Made by a program: the position numbers and the translations under genes. A DNA stretch of 64,000 nucleotides from an uncultured Elusimicrobia bacterium (GTDB lineage Bacteria > Elusimicrobiota > Elusimicrobia > 2-01-FULL-59-12): NCBI GenBank assembly GCA_963702895.1, contig OY969767.1, positions 896,001 through 960,000 of the forward strand, in the 5' to 3' direction. Below the pieces are notes generated by a model. It searched no databases and was not told the DNA's origin. It was given only the letters and a program-made list of their open reading frames with translations. The number at the start of each line of letters is the position of its first letter. Position 1 is the stretch's first letter. Below, in pieces: positions 38,480 through 48,623 of the stretch.

Positions 38480-39049
38480 ATGCCATCGTTATTGCGTCGT
38501 CTCCCTATGTTGTTTTTGTTCGTCCTGCCTCTGACACTGGCCCACGCGGAGGAGCATGCCGAAACCATCAAAGTCTTTCGTGATGCGGGTGAAAGCGGCC
38601 AGTTTTTTAAGAATGCTTACGGCTATGCCGTGTTCCCCAATATCGGAAAAGGCGGTGCAGGGATCGGTGGGTCTCATGGTTCGGGCCGGGTGTACGCCCA
38701 GGGACGTTACGTGGGTGATACCAAGATGACGCAGCTCACGATTGGCCTCCAGCTCGGCGGTCAGTTCTTCAGCCAGATCATCTTTTTCCAGGACAAGCGT
38801 TCCTTCGATGAATTCACGAGCGGCAATTTCGAGTTCGGCGCTCAGGCGACCGCGGTGGCCATTACGGCGGGAGCCTCAGCGCAAGCAGGCACCACCGGCT
38901 CTTCCGCGGGCGCTAGTGCCGGCAAAAAAGATGCCGACACCATTGGCAAGTACCGCAAAGGTATGGCGGTCTTCACCGTTGCAAAAGGCGGGTTGATGTA
39001 TGAGGCCAGTATCGGTGGCCAGAAGTTTAGCTATACGCCAAAGAAGTAA
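38480..39049 (+). CDS. YSC84/SYLF lipid-binding domain protein
   Basis: GYAVFP.IGKGG..IGG, GLQLGGQ, KGGLMYEASIGGQKF. Confidence 0.85.
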   Translation: MPSLLRRLPMLFLFVLPLTLAHAEEHAETIKVFRDAGESGQFFKNAYGYAVFPNIGKGGAGIGGSHGSGRVYAQGRYVGDTKMTQLTIGLQLGGQFFSQIIFFQDKRSFDEFTSGNFEFGAQATAVAITAGASAQAGTTGSSAGASAGKKDADTIGKYRKGMAVFTVAKGGLMYEASIGGQKFSYTPKK

Positions 39050-39113
39050 AGAGCTTCAGCAAGCGTTCATCCAAAGCAATCACATTCTGAAGAACAGTCC
39101 AGAGGAGGCTGAA

Positions 39114-39776
39114 ATGGAGAAGCGGAGATTTCTTGTGCTGGCAGGAGTCGTCACGGGACTTGGGCTTTTCGGTTGTGCTACGACCTCGGTGAAGTCGGTG
39201 TGGAAAGATCCGCAGTGGAACACGCCGATGGGATCGATCATGGTGGTGGCCGCCGCTGAAAAAATCGGTATCCGGCGCGTGGTCGAAGACGAAGTCGCAA
39301 GCCAGCTCCAGGCCAAAGGGGTCATGGCTTCGGCAAGCTACGCTTACGGTCATCCTGTCCAAGTGCAGGCCCTCGAGGAAAAAGTGAAGCAGGCAAATTT
39401 TGATGGGGTCCTCGTGCTGCAGATGGTCGATCAGAAGACGATCGTCACGACCACCCCGGAAGAAACCCGCATTTCGACCTATAACGATGATCCCTATCGC
39501 GGTCGCCCAGGTTATGGTGCGAGCACCGGCGGCGGATATCACAGCGGTTGGTCCGGGTATTACGATCAGTCGATGACCATTACCCGCACACCCAGCCAGA
39601 CGCAGGAGCACAAGATCGTGTCTCTCGAGACGAAACTCTTCTCCGCGAAGGGCAACAGCCAGCCGGTCTGGTCGGCCCTCTCAGAAACCTATGTGCCGGC
39701 TGAAACCGGCGGCCAGGCCAAGCCCTTGGCTCGGGCCATCGTGCAGAGCTTGTCGACCTCGAAAGTCATTCCTTAA
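39114..39776 (+). CDS. Lipoprotein of unknown function
   Basis: Lipobox-like LFGC after a hydrophobic leader; GGAGG RBS. Confidence 0.7.
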   Translation: MEKRRFLVLAGVVTGLGLFGCATTSVKSVWKDPQWNTPMGSIMVVAAAEKIGIRRVVEDEVASQLQAKGVMASASYAYGHPVQVQALEEKVKQANFDGVLVLQMVDQKTIVTTTPEETRISTYNDDPYRGRPGYGASTGGGYHSGWSGYYDQSMTITRTPSQTQEHKIVSLETKLFSAKGNSQPVWSALSETYVPAETGGQAKPLARAIVQSLSTSKVIP

Positions 39777-39778
39777 GC

Positions 39779-41443
39779 ATGTTGCGGCGCCTCCCGCTCC
39801 GGAATTCTCGATCCTGTGCCCTCTTCAGGATTTGGTTGATGGCTTTGATGGGGTGCGCCGTGCTGCGTCTTGAGGCGGCTGGTCCTGCCCCCCTGGCAGC
39901 CAAGGACGAAAACGAGGCCGCTCTGGAGATGGCCCCTGTCGTCCTCGATGGGTATGTCCTGTTCAAGGTCCGCGGAGCGGCGGTCTATCCGGCCCAAGAG
40001 CGCGCCACAGCCATCACCCATCGGTTGAAGAATGCCTTAGGAGATAAAACCCTCGGTCCAAAGGATTTTCGCATCGAGGAAGATAAAGAGGTCACCGCCC
40101 TTTGGCTGGGAGATCGATTCATCGTTCGGGTCTTTGACGCCGATTCTGGTGCGATGAAAACCCCCCGCCATCTCCTGGCCGAAATCTACCATCAACGCTT
40201 GTCCGAAGCGGTCCAGCGCTACCGCGAGGAGCGCAGCCCAAGACGATTGCTTGAGAGCGCGGGCTTGGTTGCCTTGGCGACGGCCCTGTTTGTGTTTGCC
40301 CTATGGGGGCTCGGGGTTCTCTTGCGCCGATTCCAGGCGCTTGTGGACCGACACATGCAAGCGGCGGTTCAAGGGATGCAGTCGAAGACCTTAAACCTTC
40401 TCTCAGGAAGGCCGCTCTGGATGCTGACCGTGGGGTTGGTGGCCTCGTTGCGCTGGATCCTTTTGGTCTCTCTGGGATACGCGTGGTTGGCGTTCGTCCT
40501 GGGTCTATTTCCCTGGACCCGTCCGTTAGGAAATTCACTGTTTTCGGTCCTCATCGCCCCGCTCCGCCAGATTGGGCAAGCGACGCTCGAGGCCGTTCCC
40601 GGCCTGGTGTTTATCGCCATTGCGCTGCTTCTGACGCGCTACGCCATCAAAGCCTTACGGCTTCTTTTCGACGGGTTGGCTCGCGGGCATCTGAGTTGGC
40701 AAGGATTTGATCCCGAGTGGGCGAGACCGACCTACAAGATCGTGCGGCTCCTCATCATGTGTTTTTCTGCTGTCATCATCTACCCGTACATTCCGGGATC
40801 CAGTTCCGATGCCTTCAAAGGGATATCGCTCTTTCTTGGCATTGTGTTCTCTCTGGGGTCCACGTCGGTGATCTCCAACCTCATCGCCGGCTACAGCATG
40901 ACCTACCGCCGGGCCTTTAAAGTGGGGGATCGGATCCAAGTCAAGGATATCGTGGGCGAAGTGACGGATATCGGCACCGTCGTCACGCGTATCCGCACAA
41001 TCAAGAACGAGGACGTGGTGGTTCCGAATTCGCTGGTCCTGAACGAATGCGTGGTCAACTACTCCACCTTGGCCCGCAAAGGCGAGCTGATCCTGCATAC
41101 GACAGTGGGCATCGGCTATGAAACGTCTTGGCGTCAAGTGGAAGCGATGCTCAAGCTCGCGGCGGAGCGCACCGAAGGCTTACTGAAGACGCCGCCACCC
41201 TTTGTGCTGCACCGCGCGCTGGGTGATTTCGCTGTGACCTACGAGATCAACGCTTATGTTAACGATCCCCTGCGCTACGTGGCGCTCCAAACGGCGCTCC
41301 ATCAGAATATCCTGGATCTCTTCAATGAATACGGTATCCAAATTATGACACCCGCCTACGAAGGGGATCCCGAAGCCCCAAAGGTGGTCCCTAAAAATCA
41401 TTGGTTCGCGGCGCCGGCGAAACCACCCCCGCCCAAAAGCTGA
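39779..41443 (+). CDS. MscS-family mechanosensitive channel
   Basis: ISNLIAG, FKVGDRI, TRIRT, VPNS, GIQIMTPAY. Confidence 0.9.
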   Translation: MLRRLPLRNSRSCALFRIWLMALMGCAVLRLEAAGPAPLAAKDENEAALEMAPVVLDGYVLFKVRGAAVYPAQERATAITHRLKNALGDKTLGPKDFRIEEDKEVTALWLGDRFIVRVFDADSGAMKTPRHLLAEIYHQRLSEAVQRYREERSPRRLLESAGLVALATALFVFALWGLGVLLRRFQALVDRHMQAAVQGMQSKTLNLLSGRPLWMLTVGLVASLRWILLVSLGYAWLAFVLGLFPWTRPLGNSLFSVLIAPLRQIGQATLEAVPGLVFIAIALLLTRYAIKALRLLFDGLARGHLSWQGFDPEWARPTYKIVRLLIMCFSAVIIYPYIPGSSSDAFKGISLFLGIVFSLGSTSVISNLIAGYSMTYRRAFKVGDRIQVKDIVGEVTDIGTVVTRIRTIKNEDVVVPNSLVLNECVVNYSTLARKGELILHTTVGIGYETSWRQVEAMLKLAAERTEGLLKTPPPFVLHRALGDFAVTYEINAYVNDPLRYVALQTALHQNILDLFNEYGIQIMTPAYEGDPEAPKVVPKNHWFAAPAKPPPPKS

Positions 41444-41478
41444 TCCCAACCCCATTTTTTTGCTTCAATGAATCCATC

Positions 41479-41658
41479 ATGAATAACGAAAAGGGCTTTT
41501 TAGGGCTGCGACCCATCCTCATCCTGGCCATCGTGGGAGGTTTTGCTGTGTGGGCCCTCTACCGTGGATACATCCAGTGGAAGGGTCCACGCCCTGCTGA
41601 GGTGGCGCAAGACGTGGCCGATGACGTGACCCGGTCTGTCAAAAAAATAGTGAATTAG
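41479..41658 (+). CDS. Small membrane protein with prepilin-like N-terminus
   Basis: MNNEKGF followed by a hydrophobic helix. Confidence 0.45.
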   Translation: MNNEKGFLGLRPILILAIVGGFAVWALYRGYIQWKGPRPAEVAQDVADDVTRSVKKIVN

Positions 41659-41796
41659 GCTGCCAGGAGAAGTCCCCCCAGTCGGGTTGGCGCGCCCCGG
41701 GAGTCAGAACCCGTTTGAATGTTGTAGTATGGGAGCTTCTCAGGAAGGGAAGCTTCTTCACCTGTCATCAGAAAACTCGAAAGGAAGATTCATCAC

Positions 41797-43005
41797 ATGA
41801 AAATCCGGACATCGTGGTTGGTCGTATGGAGCATCGGCATCGTAGCCTTGGGGTCTCGACCAGTGCTGGCTGAGGACATCAAAGGACGATTTGGCATAGG
41901 GGGTATTTTTGAAGCGGTATGGCCTCTCGGGCAGGAATCGGTGAAGCAGCAGGCCGATAATGTCGGTCCAGGGCTCGGCGGCTGGTTGCGCTATGGGCTC
42001 TCGAAGCATTTGAGCGCGGCTGTTTCTTATGAGAACATCCATTTGGGCAACGACATCCGCGTGGAACCTGTCATTTTGCAAGGCATCTACTCGCTCATGC
42101 CCGATCGCAAGGTTTCTCCCACGATCATCGCGGGGGGTGGTATCTCCCGGGGTGTCGATGCGAAGAATTTTAGTCGCGCAGCTTGGAAAGGCGGTCTTGG
42201 GCTCGAGTTATTCCCGAACCGCAATTTCGCGATCGGGCCTCAGGTGACCTTCCATTATGTCGACTCCGGACACAGCTCTCCACGGCATCTCAATGCCTTG
42301 GGCGGCGGTCTGAACGCGACGTGGTTCTTCGGTGGCGCCAAAGAAGCGGCTGCCACCCCTGCGGCTGCGGCGCCCGTGGCGGCAGCTCTTGTTTCGGTGA
42401 GCGCCAGCCCGTCCAGTGTCGTCCTGGGACCCGGCGCGAGCCAGAGCATCTCGGCTGCGGTGGACAACACCAGCAACAAGGCCGTGACCTGGAGCATCAA
42501 CCCGCCTTTGGGAAGCGTGGATGCCAACGGCGTCTACACGGCGCCGGCGACGGTTTCGTTCGCGCAAGATGTGACGGTGACCGCGACGAGCGTCGCCGAC
42601 CCCAGCAAGTCGGCCACGAGCATCGTTCGACTCACGCCTCCCGCGGCGGCCCCTCAGACGGTGAGCATCAGCCTGAACGTGCTCTTTGACACCGGCAAGA
42701 CTGTCGTGAAGCCTGCCTACAAGGCCGACATCGCCAAAGTGGCCGAGTTCATGCAGAGCTATCCCGGCACAAGCGCCGAAATCGCGGGATATACCGATAA
42801 CGTTGGATCTGAGAAGATGAACATCAGCCTCTCCCAGCGCCGCGCTGATGCGGTGAGGCAGTATCTGATCGACAACTTCGGAATTGACGCCGCACGCCTC
42901 ACAGCGAAGGGCTATGGTCCGGCGAGACCCATCGCGGACAACAAGACGGTTGAAGGCCGCGCTCAGAACCGACGTGTGGTGGCCACACTGACAGCGACGA
43001 AGTAA
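41797..43005 (+). CDS. OmpA-family protein (beta-barrel, Ig-like domain, peptidoglycan-binding domain)
   Basis: FDTGK, GYTDN.G, LSQRRADAV, GYG..P, NRRV. Confidence 0.9.
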   Translation: MKIRTSWLVVWSIGIVALGSRPVLAEDIKGRFGIGGIFEAVWPLGQESVKQQADNVGPGLGGWLRYGLSKHLSAAVSYENIHLGNDIRVEPVILQGIYSLMPDRKVSPTIIAGGGISRGVDAKNFSRAAWKGGLGLELFPNRNFAIGPQVTFHYVDSGHSSPRHLNALGGGLNATWFFGGAKEAAATPAAAAPVAAALVSVSASPSSVVLGPGASQSISAAVDNTSNKAVTWSINPPLGSVDANGVYTAPATVSFAQDVTVTATSVADPSKSATSIVRLTPPAAAPQTVSISLNVLFDTGKTVVKPAYKADIAKVAEFMQSYPGTSAEIAGYTDNVGSEKMNISLSQRRADAVRQYLIDNFGIDAARLTAKGYGPARPIADNKTVEGRAQNRRVVATLTATK

Positions 43006-43327
43006 CGGAGAGTTTCATCATCCCGGCTCCCCAGCTTGTGCGTTGTTCGGCATAGGCTGGGGAGCCGGCTTATTTTTGTAGGGACGTTCCCATGGCGGGG
43101 ATTGGGCCGAACTCTTCAGTTCGTCACCCCTGGAGATTTCTTATCCGGGGGGATGACAGCAAGTAATCTCGACGTCCCAGTCGATAAACAACGTCCAATA
43201 GAACTTTTTCGGTTAACCCGGATTATTCGGATGTCCATGTGCTCCCTCTCCCGCCTCGCGGCGGGAGAGGGGACAGTAAAGTCCGTAGATCTTTGACAAC
43301 AATATTCAGCTAATGGAATATTCCCGG

Positions 43328-43723
43328 TTAAGGGGTTTCGTTGGGAAGGATCAGTTGGAGCTGCGAGGCATCGGCAAATCGGTTGATATCGTAGATCATT
43401 TCTTTGGGCGGCAGTTTGAGGCCGCGTTTGGGTTTTTCCCTCCAGTAGACCTTTTCCCCGCTCGGCAAGCTGGCCAGCCGGCCTTTCAAAAAAACCACAC
43501 CCCGGAGTTGATGGTCACGGTCCTGAATCTGCGAAAGTTGGCGTACCGTGGTTGTCCCTTCCAACACCGAAAAATACCACTCCGTCCCTTTCTTCCAGCT
43601 GTAGAGCTCAAAACCGATTTCTGCTGGTTCTGCCGCGTGAAGCTCGACGGGTATGGATCCGAGGAGCAGCCACAGGGCGCCGAGCGCCCAAACCTTTCGC
43701 GTGATCAAGTGTCTCAAGCTCAC
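43328..43723 (-). CDS. Exported hypothetical protein, paralog of 32586-32972
   Basis: Signal peptide; FELYSW, KVYW, GLKLP..DINRF. Confidence 0.7.
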   Translation of the reverse strand: MSLRHLITRKVWALGALWLLLGSIPVELHAAEPAEIGFELYSWKKGTEWYFSVLEGTTTVRQLSQIQDRDHQLRGVVFLKGRLASLPSGEKVYWREKPKRGLKLPPKEMIYDINRFADASQLQLILPNETP

Positions 43724-44217
43724 TTGAAGTAATACCGGATGCCAATGGCACCGTCCAGGTCCGCATCGGTGGAGGGGATGACGTCCAGGACCGGGACGAG
43801 CTCGATGAATGCCTCCAGCGGCGCGCGTTCGAAAAGGTAGCTTGCTCCCAAAGGAATCCGTATGCCTGCGTCGGTGTCTGATCCGGCGATGACGCGCAGG
43901 CCTATGCCCGCATAAAGCGGGAGCCGGCCTTCGGTCGTGCGCAGATCTTTAAGTTCCCAATGCCAAAGATGGTTGCCGTGAATCTGGAACCGGTCGTTTT
44001 CCCCAAAATGCCAGGCCAAAGCCCCATCGATCGCCGTCTTTCCCGAGAGCCAATACTTGGCGGACAAGCCCGTTGGAGCTCCCAAGATGACACCCAGTCC
44101 AAAATCACCTTGCGACCCCACGACGCTGCTCGCCGCAAACGCAGAAGAAGGAACAAGGATAGAGAACATGATGACGGACAAACCAGCGAGCTTTGAAGGT
44201 GAAAAGCGAAAGGGCAT
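43720..44217 (-). CDS. Small outer-membrane beta-barrel (DUF3996-like)
   Basis: FGLGVILGAPTGLSAKYW, GIRIPLG, terminal GIRYYF. Confidence 0.7.
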   Translation of the reverse strand: MPFRFSPSKLAGLSVIMFSILVPSSAFAASSVVGSQGDFGLGVILGAPTGLSAKYWLSGKTAIDGALAWHFGENDRFQIHGNHLWHWELKDLRTTEGRLPLYAGIGLRVIAGSDTDAGIRIPLGASYLFERAPLEAFIELVPVLDVIPSTDADLDGAIGIRYYFK

Positions 44218-44317
44218 AAGTCCTCCTCATTCAACGAGATCAAGAATCCTGGACAGTATAAATAAAAAGGGTTCCCGCTGTTCAACGACCATGATGGGTC
44301 AATCAAGAGGATCGGAG

Positions 44318-46063
44318 TTATGTGCGCCGGAAACGGTTGTGAAAATCACGGATGGGCATGCGGATGTGCGTCGGTCGGCCATGCGGGCAGGTCATGGGGC
44401 GCTCGCAGGCGGAGAGGTCTTCGACGAGGCGCGATACTTCCTCCGGGGAGACGGAATCGTTTGCCATAATCGAGGCCCGACAAGCGGCCGAGGCAGCGAT
44501 CTGATGTTGGATGTCGGCGACCGTCTGCGGTCTTTCCCCTTCGAACTTTTCGAGGACCTCTTCCAGAAAGCGTTTGGCGTGTTGGGTCTCGGGCAGGACG
44601 ACAGGCCATTCTTTGAGCGCGAACGTGCTGGGACCAAAGGATTCCAAGAGAAAGCCCATCTTTTCGAGCTCCTGTTGGTAGGAACGAATCAATTCCGCTT
44701 GTGCCGCGGAAACATCCCAAAGCAACGGGGCAAGGAGCGCCTGCCTCGCGACATGGCCGCTTGTGACTTGGGCCAGGATCCGTTCGTAGAGGACCCGTTC
44801 GCAGGCCGCGTGCTGATCGATCAGGATCAGCTCTTCCCCTTGTTCAAAGAGAAGGTAGAGTTTTTGAAATTGGCCGAGGTAGCGCAGTTGCGTGAATTCT
44901 GTCCTGGATGTGATGTCTTGGAGTGCGGGTGGGGCCTTAAGTCCAAGCGCCAGGGGAAGGGCGGGGGTGCTGTCCTGGCGAGTTCGCCAGGTGTCTGGCG
45001 AGCGAAGCCACCGGCCCTTGTTTGGGTCGATCGCCGAGCTCGCGTTGCCTGAACGCGATGACGGTACCGCTGGAGCATCGGCTTTAAAAAGACTGCGAAT
45101 GCTCGTAAAGACGAGATCGTAGAGCGCTCGCTCATCCGAAATTCGCACTTCTCGCTTGGTGGGGTGGACGTTCACGTCCACGAGTGCCGGATCAAGTTCG
45201 ACGAACAAACAATACACGGGATGCCGCCCCACCGGGAGCCACTCGCGGAAAGCTTCGTAAATCGCATGGTTGATGGCGCGCTGCTGGACGGGACGTTGAT
45301 TGATAAAAAGCGCCTGGTAAGCTCGCGTCGCGTGATGGGCGCTCAGAGCGCTTACAAAACCCTTGATGGTGCAGGGCCCTTTCGTCACGTTCACGGGAAC
45401 AAGAGACTGAGCTGCTTCGATGCCCCAGAGCTCCGAGAGTCGCTCTCCCAGCTCTTGGGTCGGCACCAGCTGCATCATGGTTTTGCCGTCCATCGAGAGC
45501 TCAAAGCGCACGGAGGGATGGGCGAGCGCCATCTCCTGTAAAGTCTTCAAGACATGCAAGCGTTCGGTGGAGTCGCGTTTGAGGAACTTGGCACGGGCTG
45601 GTGTATTAAAGAATAAGTCTTGAACGTCAAGCGTCGTGCCGGCGGGGGATCCTGAAACGGTTTTCGAGACAAGCTTGCCGCCCTCGAGCTTGAGCGTCCA
45701 GCCTTCGGGGGCCTCCTGGGTCCGTGTGGTGAGCTCCAGCCGCGAAACGGCCGCAATGGAGGGGAGCGCTTCACCGCGAAATCCAAAGGTCGCGAGCGCT
45801 TCCAGATCTTTAAAGTCTGTGAGCTTGGAGGTGGCATGGCGCTCAAGGGCGGCGAGCGCGTCTTCGAGCGTCATCCCTTCGCCGTTGTCGGACACCCGGA
45901 CGCGCGTGCGTCCGGCGCCCCAGAGATCGATATGGACAGCGGAGGCACGCGCGTCCAGGCTGTTTTCCACCAGTTCCTTAACGACGCTGGCCGGTCGCTC
46001 AATCACTTCCCCCGCGGCGATGAGCCGAATTAGGGATTTAGGAAGGATGTGGACTTTTGCCAT
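44318..46063 (-). CDS. mutL: DNA mismatch repair endonuclease MutL
   Basis: IAAGEVIERPASVVKELVENS, GFRGEAL, DQHAACER, CPHGRP. Confidence 0.96.
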   Translation of the reverse strand: MAKVHILPKSLIRLIAAGEVIERPASVVKELVENSLDARASAVHIDLWGAGRTRVRVSDNGEGMTLEDALAALERHATSKLTDFKDLEALATFGFRGEALPSIAAVSRLELTTRTQEAPEGWTLKLEGGKLVSKTVSGSPAGTTLDVQDLFFNTPARAKFLKRDSTERLHVLKTLQEMALAHPSVRFELSMDGKTMMQLVPTQELGERLSELWGIEAAQSLVPVNVTKGPCTIKGFVSALSAHHATRAYQALFINQRPVQQRAINHAIYEAFREWLPVGRHPVYCLFVELDPALVDVNVHPTKREVRISDERALYDLVFTSIRSLFKADAPAVPSSRSGNASSAIDPNKGRWLRSPDTWRTRQDSTPALPLALGLKAPPALQDITSRTEFTQLRYLGQFQKLYLLFEQGEELILIDQHAACERVLYERILAQVTSGHVARQALLAPLLWDVSAAQAELIRSYQQELEKMGFLLESFGPSTFALKEWPVVLPETQHAKRFLEEVLEKFEGERPQTVADIQHQIAASAACRASIMANDSVSPEEVSRLVEDLSACERPMTCPHGRPTHIRMPIRDFHNRFRRT

Positions 46064-46069
46064 TGGAGT

Positions 46070-46180
46070 TCGTCCTAGGTCCGAGGTCCGACGTCCCGAG
46101 ACCCTTCGGGTGTAGTGGCTGCCCGTACTGGCCGCCGAAGGCGACCTGTAAGGGCGTCGTACGTCGCACGTCGGACGGTT
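46070..46180. repeat. CGTCCGA/GGTCCGA heptamer inverted array between pilZ and mutL
   Basis: ggtccga ggtccga cgtcccg..gtcgtac gtcgcac gtcggac; same family as inserts in aroA and miaB. Confidence 0.7.
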
Positions 46181-46181
46181 C

Positions 46182-46640
46182 TTAGACCGTCACGACCCGG
46201 GGAAAGACGCGCGTTTTCTCGTCCTTCTGGCAGAGTGAGAAAAAGGCACATTTCTTAAAGCAGAACCGACGCTCACCCTGGGAAAGACGCTCTTCGCATT
46301 CCTCATAGGCTTTGGTGAGTTTGCCCACGAGGCGGGCCCATTCTTCCTTAAATTCGCTGAAGGCAATAGCGACCTGATAGGTTTCCCCTTTTTTGTGGGC
46401 GCGCATGACGGTGCCATGGAGTTGCGCGCTCACGAGGCCCGGCAAATCGAGCCGGAAGGTCACGTTCCGGGTGATGCTGGGCAATGCGAAGGCGATCATG
46501 GACAGACCGCCCGCGGACAAATCCACCAAAATAGCGGGCGCGGGCTGGTCCAGGCCGTCGCATTTAAAATCCACGAGCTTCGCGATACTTAGATGGAGCG
46601 GCAGCCTTGGATGTTTACGGCGCTCTTCAAGTCGTGTCAT
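46182..46640 (-). CDS. PilZ-domain (c-di-GMP-binding) protein
   Basis: RRKHPR and DLSAGG motifs. Confidence 0.85.
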   Translation of the reverse strand: MTRLEERRKHPRLPLHLSIAKLVDFKCDGLDQPAPAILVDLSAGGLSMIAFALPSITRNVTFRLDLPGLVSAQLHGTVMRAHKKGETYQVAIAFSEFKEEWARLVGKLTKAYEECEERLSQGERRFCFKKCAFFSLCQKDEKTRVFPRVVTV

Positions 46641-46830
46641 GATCGGGCTTTCTCCTTCCACGCCTGCAGTTTCAAGAGGGCCTGCAGAGGGGTCATCTGA
46701 TCTAAATCGAGCTGGGCCAGTTCTTCTGCCCAGGCCCGTCGTGCCGCACTCGCCTCGGCCAATTCCGTGGAGACTTTATCATTTTCAGGCCGGGCATTTC
46801 CCGCGCTCCCAGCGTCTCCCAAAAGCTCCG
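46637..46830 (-). pseudogene. Detached MutS C-terminal segment
   Basis: LAQLDLDQMTPLQALLKL is the typical MutS C-terminal motif; its stop overlaps the PilZ start (ATGA). Confidence 0.75.
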
Positions 46831-46875
46831 GTAATTTTCTGCAGCGCTGCGTTTTGACGTAGGCCACACATAGGT

Positions 46876-48530
46876 CCCAATTTTTCACCGCTCGGTCGCC
46901 GCGGCGACCAGGTTTCTCGCCTGCTTCGGGTACCCTTGGCTTCCCTCGGAGGCGGTTCAGACTACCGTCTGATCAATTGTCGGCCTTTTGCGGCAGTTTT
47001 CGCCGCTCCGACCCTCTGTTCGGTTCTTTCCCTCCGTCGATGCCTTCGGTGTCGCCGTCCCGTCAATCAACCGGTAGACGCGATCACCACAGACAGCCCC
47101 AACACGCCATAGCGCGCCTCTTCAAAAACCCGCCGGAACGGGTAGTTTTCCGGAATCTTTAACCACAGATAGCGCGACTTCCGGCACACTGTCCCGGCCA
47201 AGCGGATCAGCCGGTGCCGCAGCGTCTGGATCGTGAAGCTCTGCCAGGCTTTCGGCAGAACCAAATGCTTGAAGGCTGCCGTGACCACCGACGCCAACAT
47301 CGCGATCTGGAAATAGGCGGCATTGGCCATAAAATCCCGGCACGGCAGCTTGGATAATCCAAACCCACCCTCGCTCTTCATCTCCCGGTTCACGTTCTCC
47401 GACCCATCCTGCCGGTTACGGTGAAATTGCAGAACCAATCCCGGTTCCCATGTGAACCGCGTCGCCACCGCATGGTATTCAAAGTGCTCCTTATCGAAAA
47501 GCTCGCCTTGCGGCTCCTGCTGCCAGCGCACCACGACCAACCGAAATGCGGCGATATCCTTGTCCGCCTCCCCAAAAGCATGCACCGTCTCGGCAATCTC
47601 AGATCCCTTATGGGGATAGACCGGCGAGTTGTACTTCTTCCAGGCCTTCTCCGGAATCGACCGAATCGCTTCCAAAACGGCATCATCCTTGCGCGCCGTG
47701 ATGGTGAAGTCCACCCCGGCCCGATCCAATTCCCGAACCACCTTCGCCTGATACCCCGCGCTGTCTGAGCGCGCCCTCATCCGCAAACCGGAAAACTGCC
47801 GCAAGACCCGCCGCAACAAACTCGCCAGGTTCGCCATCGGGCTCGCATTGCCTGCCCGAAACGCCCCGGCCAGCGGCATCTTCAGCTCCGCGCAACTGAC
47901 CATCACCGGACAATACCCTTCCAGTCCATCGTAATTCATCAAGACGCCTTCCTTCTGTGACTCCAAAAAATAAGCGTCGATATCGATCGTCACAATAGAC
48001 AGCTCGCAGGCCCGGATCACCTTCGCCGCCGTCTTGAGCTGGACCCATCCCAACCCATGAATCGTCTTGCGCCCAAAACGCCGAAGAAATTCGCCCAACG
48101 TGTTCGCTGCCGGAAAATCCCCCAGCAAGCGCCGTATCCCCTCGTCCCCTTGCAGCAGCCCGATGTCTTCGAGCGCTTCCCCGCCCGCCTGGATCGATCC
48201 CATCAACCCCAAAATACTCTCGGCAGGATCGTATCCCCGCGCCCGCTCCTTCACCGGCAGCGCATTGAGCCGCTCCTCCAACCCCAGGCTCCGTGCCGTC
48301 CCCAACAACAACGGCAGCCCTGCAAAACTCGTCACCGCTTGATCCGTCGTCGAGACCTTGTATACGTCCAAGTTCTTCAGTAACATAAAAGCACCTCGCA
48401 GTTCAGATTCCACTCTGGCTTGCGAGGTATTTTATTGCCTCTGCGCGTCGCTGTAAAATCACGCGCTGCACCCTTTTTCAAAGCCTCCTGTGTTGACCCC
48501 TCATTTTTCACCCAATAAGTGAAACCCTTC
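46876..48530 (-). mobile_element. IS1380-family insertion sequence, ends approximate
   Basis: Transposase plus non-coding flanks; candidate end cccaatttttcacc at 46876; matching opposite IR not resolved. Confidence 0.6.
47067..48386 (-). CDS. IS1380-family DDE transposase
   Basis: TSFAGL, IDID, RSDSAG, FHRNRQ..EN..REMK, F.ANAA, LRHRLIRLAG; start-proximal hairpin at 48391-48430. Confidence 0.88.
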   Translation of the reverse strand: MLLKNLDVYKVSTTDQAVTSFAGLPLLLGTARSLGLEERLNALPVKERARGYDPAESILGLMGSIQAGGEALEDIGLLQGDEGIRRLLGDFPAANTLGEFLRRFGRKTIHGLGWVQLKTAAKVIRACELSIVTIDIDAYFLESQKEGVLMNYDGLEGYCPVMVSCAELKMPLAGAFRAGNASPMANLASLLRRVLRQFSGLRMRARSDSAGYQAKVVRELDRAGVDFTITARKDDAVLEAIRSIPEKAWKKYNSPVYPHKGSEIAETVHAFGEADKDIAAFRLVVVRWQQEPQGELFDKEHFEYHAVATRFTWEPGLVLQFHRNRQDGSENVNREMKSEGGFGLSKLPCRDFMANAAYFQIAMLASVVTAAFKHLVLPKAWQSFTIQTLRHRLIRLAGTVCRKSRYLWLKIPENYPFRRVFEEARYGVLGLSVVIASTG

Positions 48531-48623
48531 GTCTTCGATCCCGCCACCAACACCTACACCAAGGCCGTCGATGGATCCCCCGCTGACGGCCGCGGGGGAT
48601 GACGTCAGGGGTGGCTTATCGGA

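Noticed and set aside
19214..45052. Long antisense or overlapping ORFs (e.g. 19214-20047, 21442-22347, 33031-34122, 37017-37958, 44057-45052)
   Set aside because: They overlap well-supported genes and lack recognisable motifs, as expected in GC-rich DNA.
47067..48386. IS1380 transposase as the enzyme that built the cassette array
   Set aside because: It is 4.7 kb away, a DDE enzyme, and no IS ends or target duplications are seen at cassette junctions.
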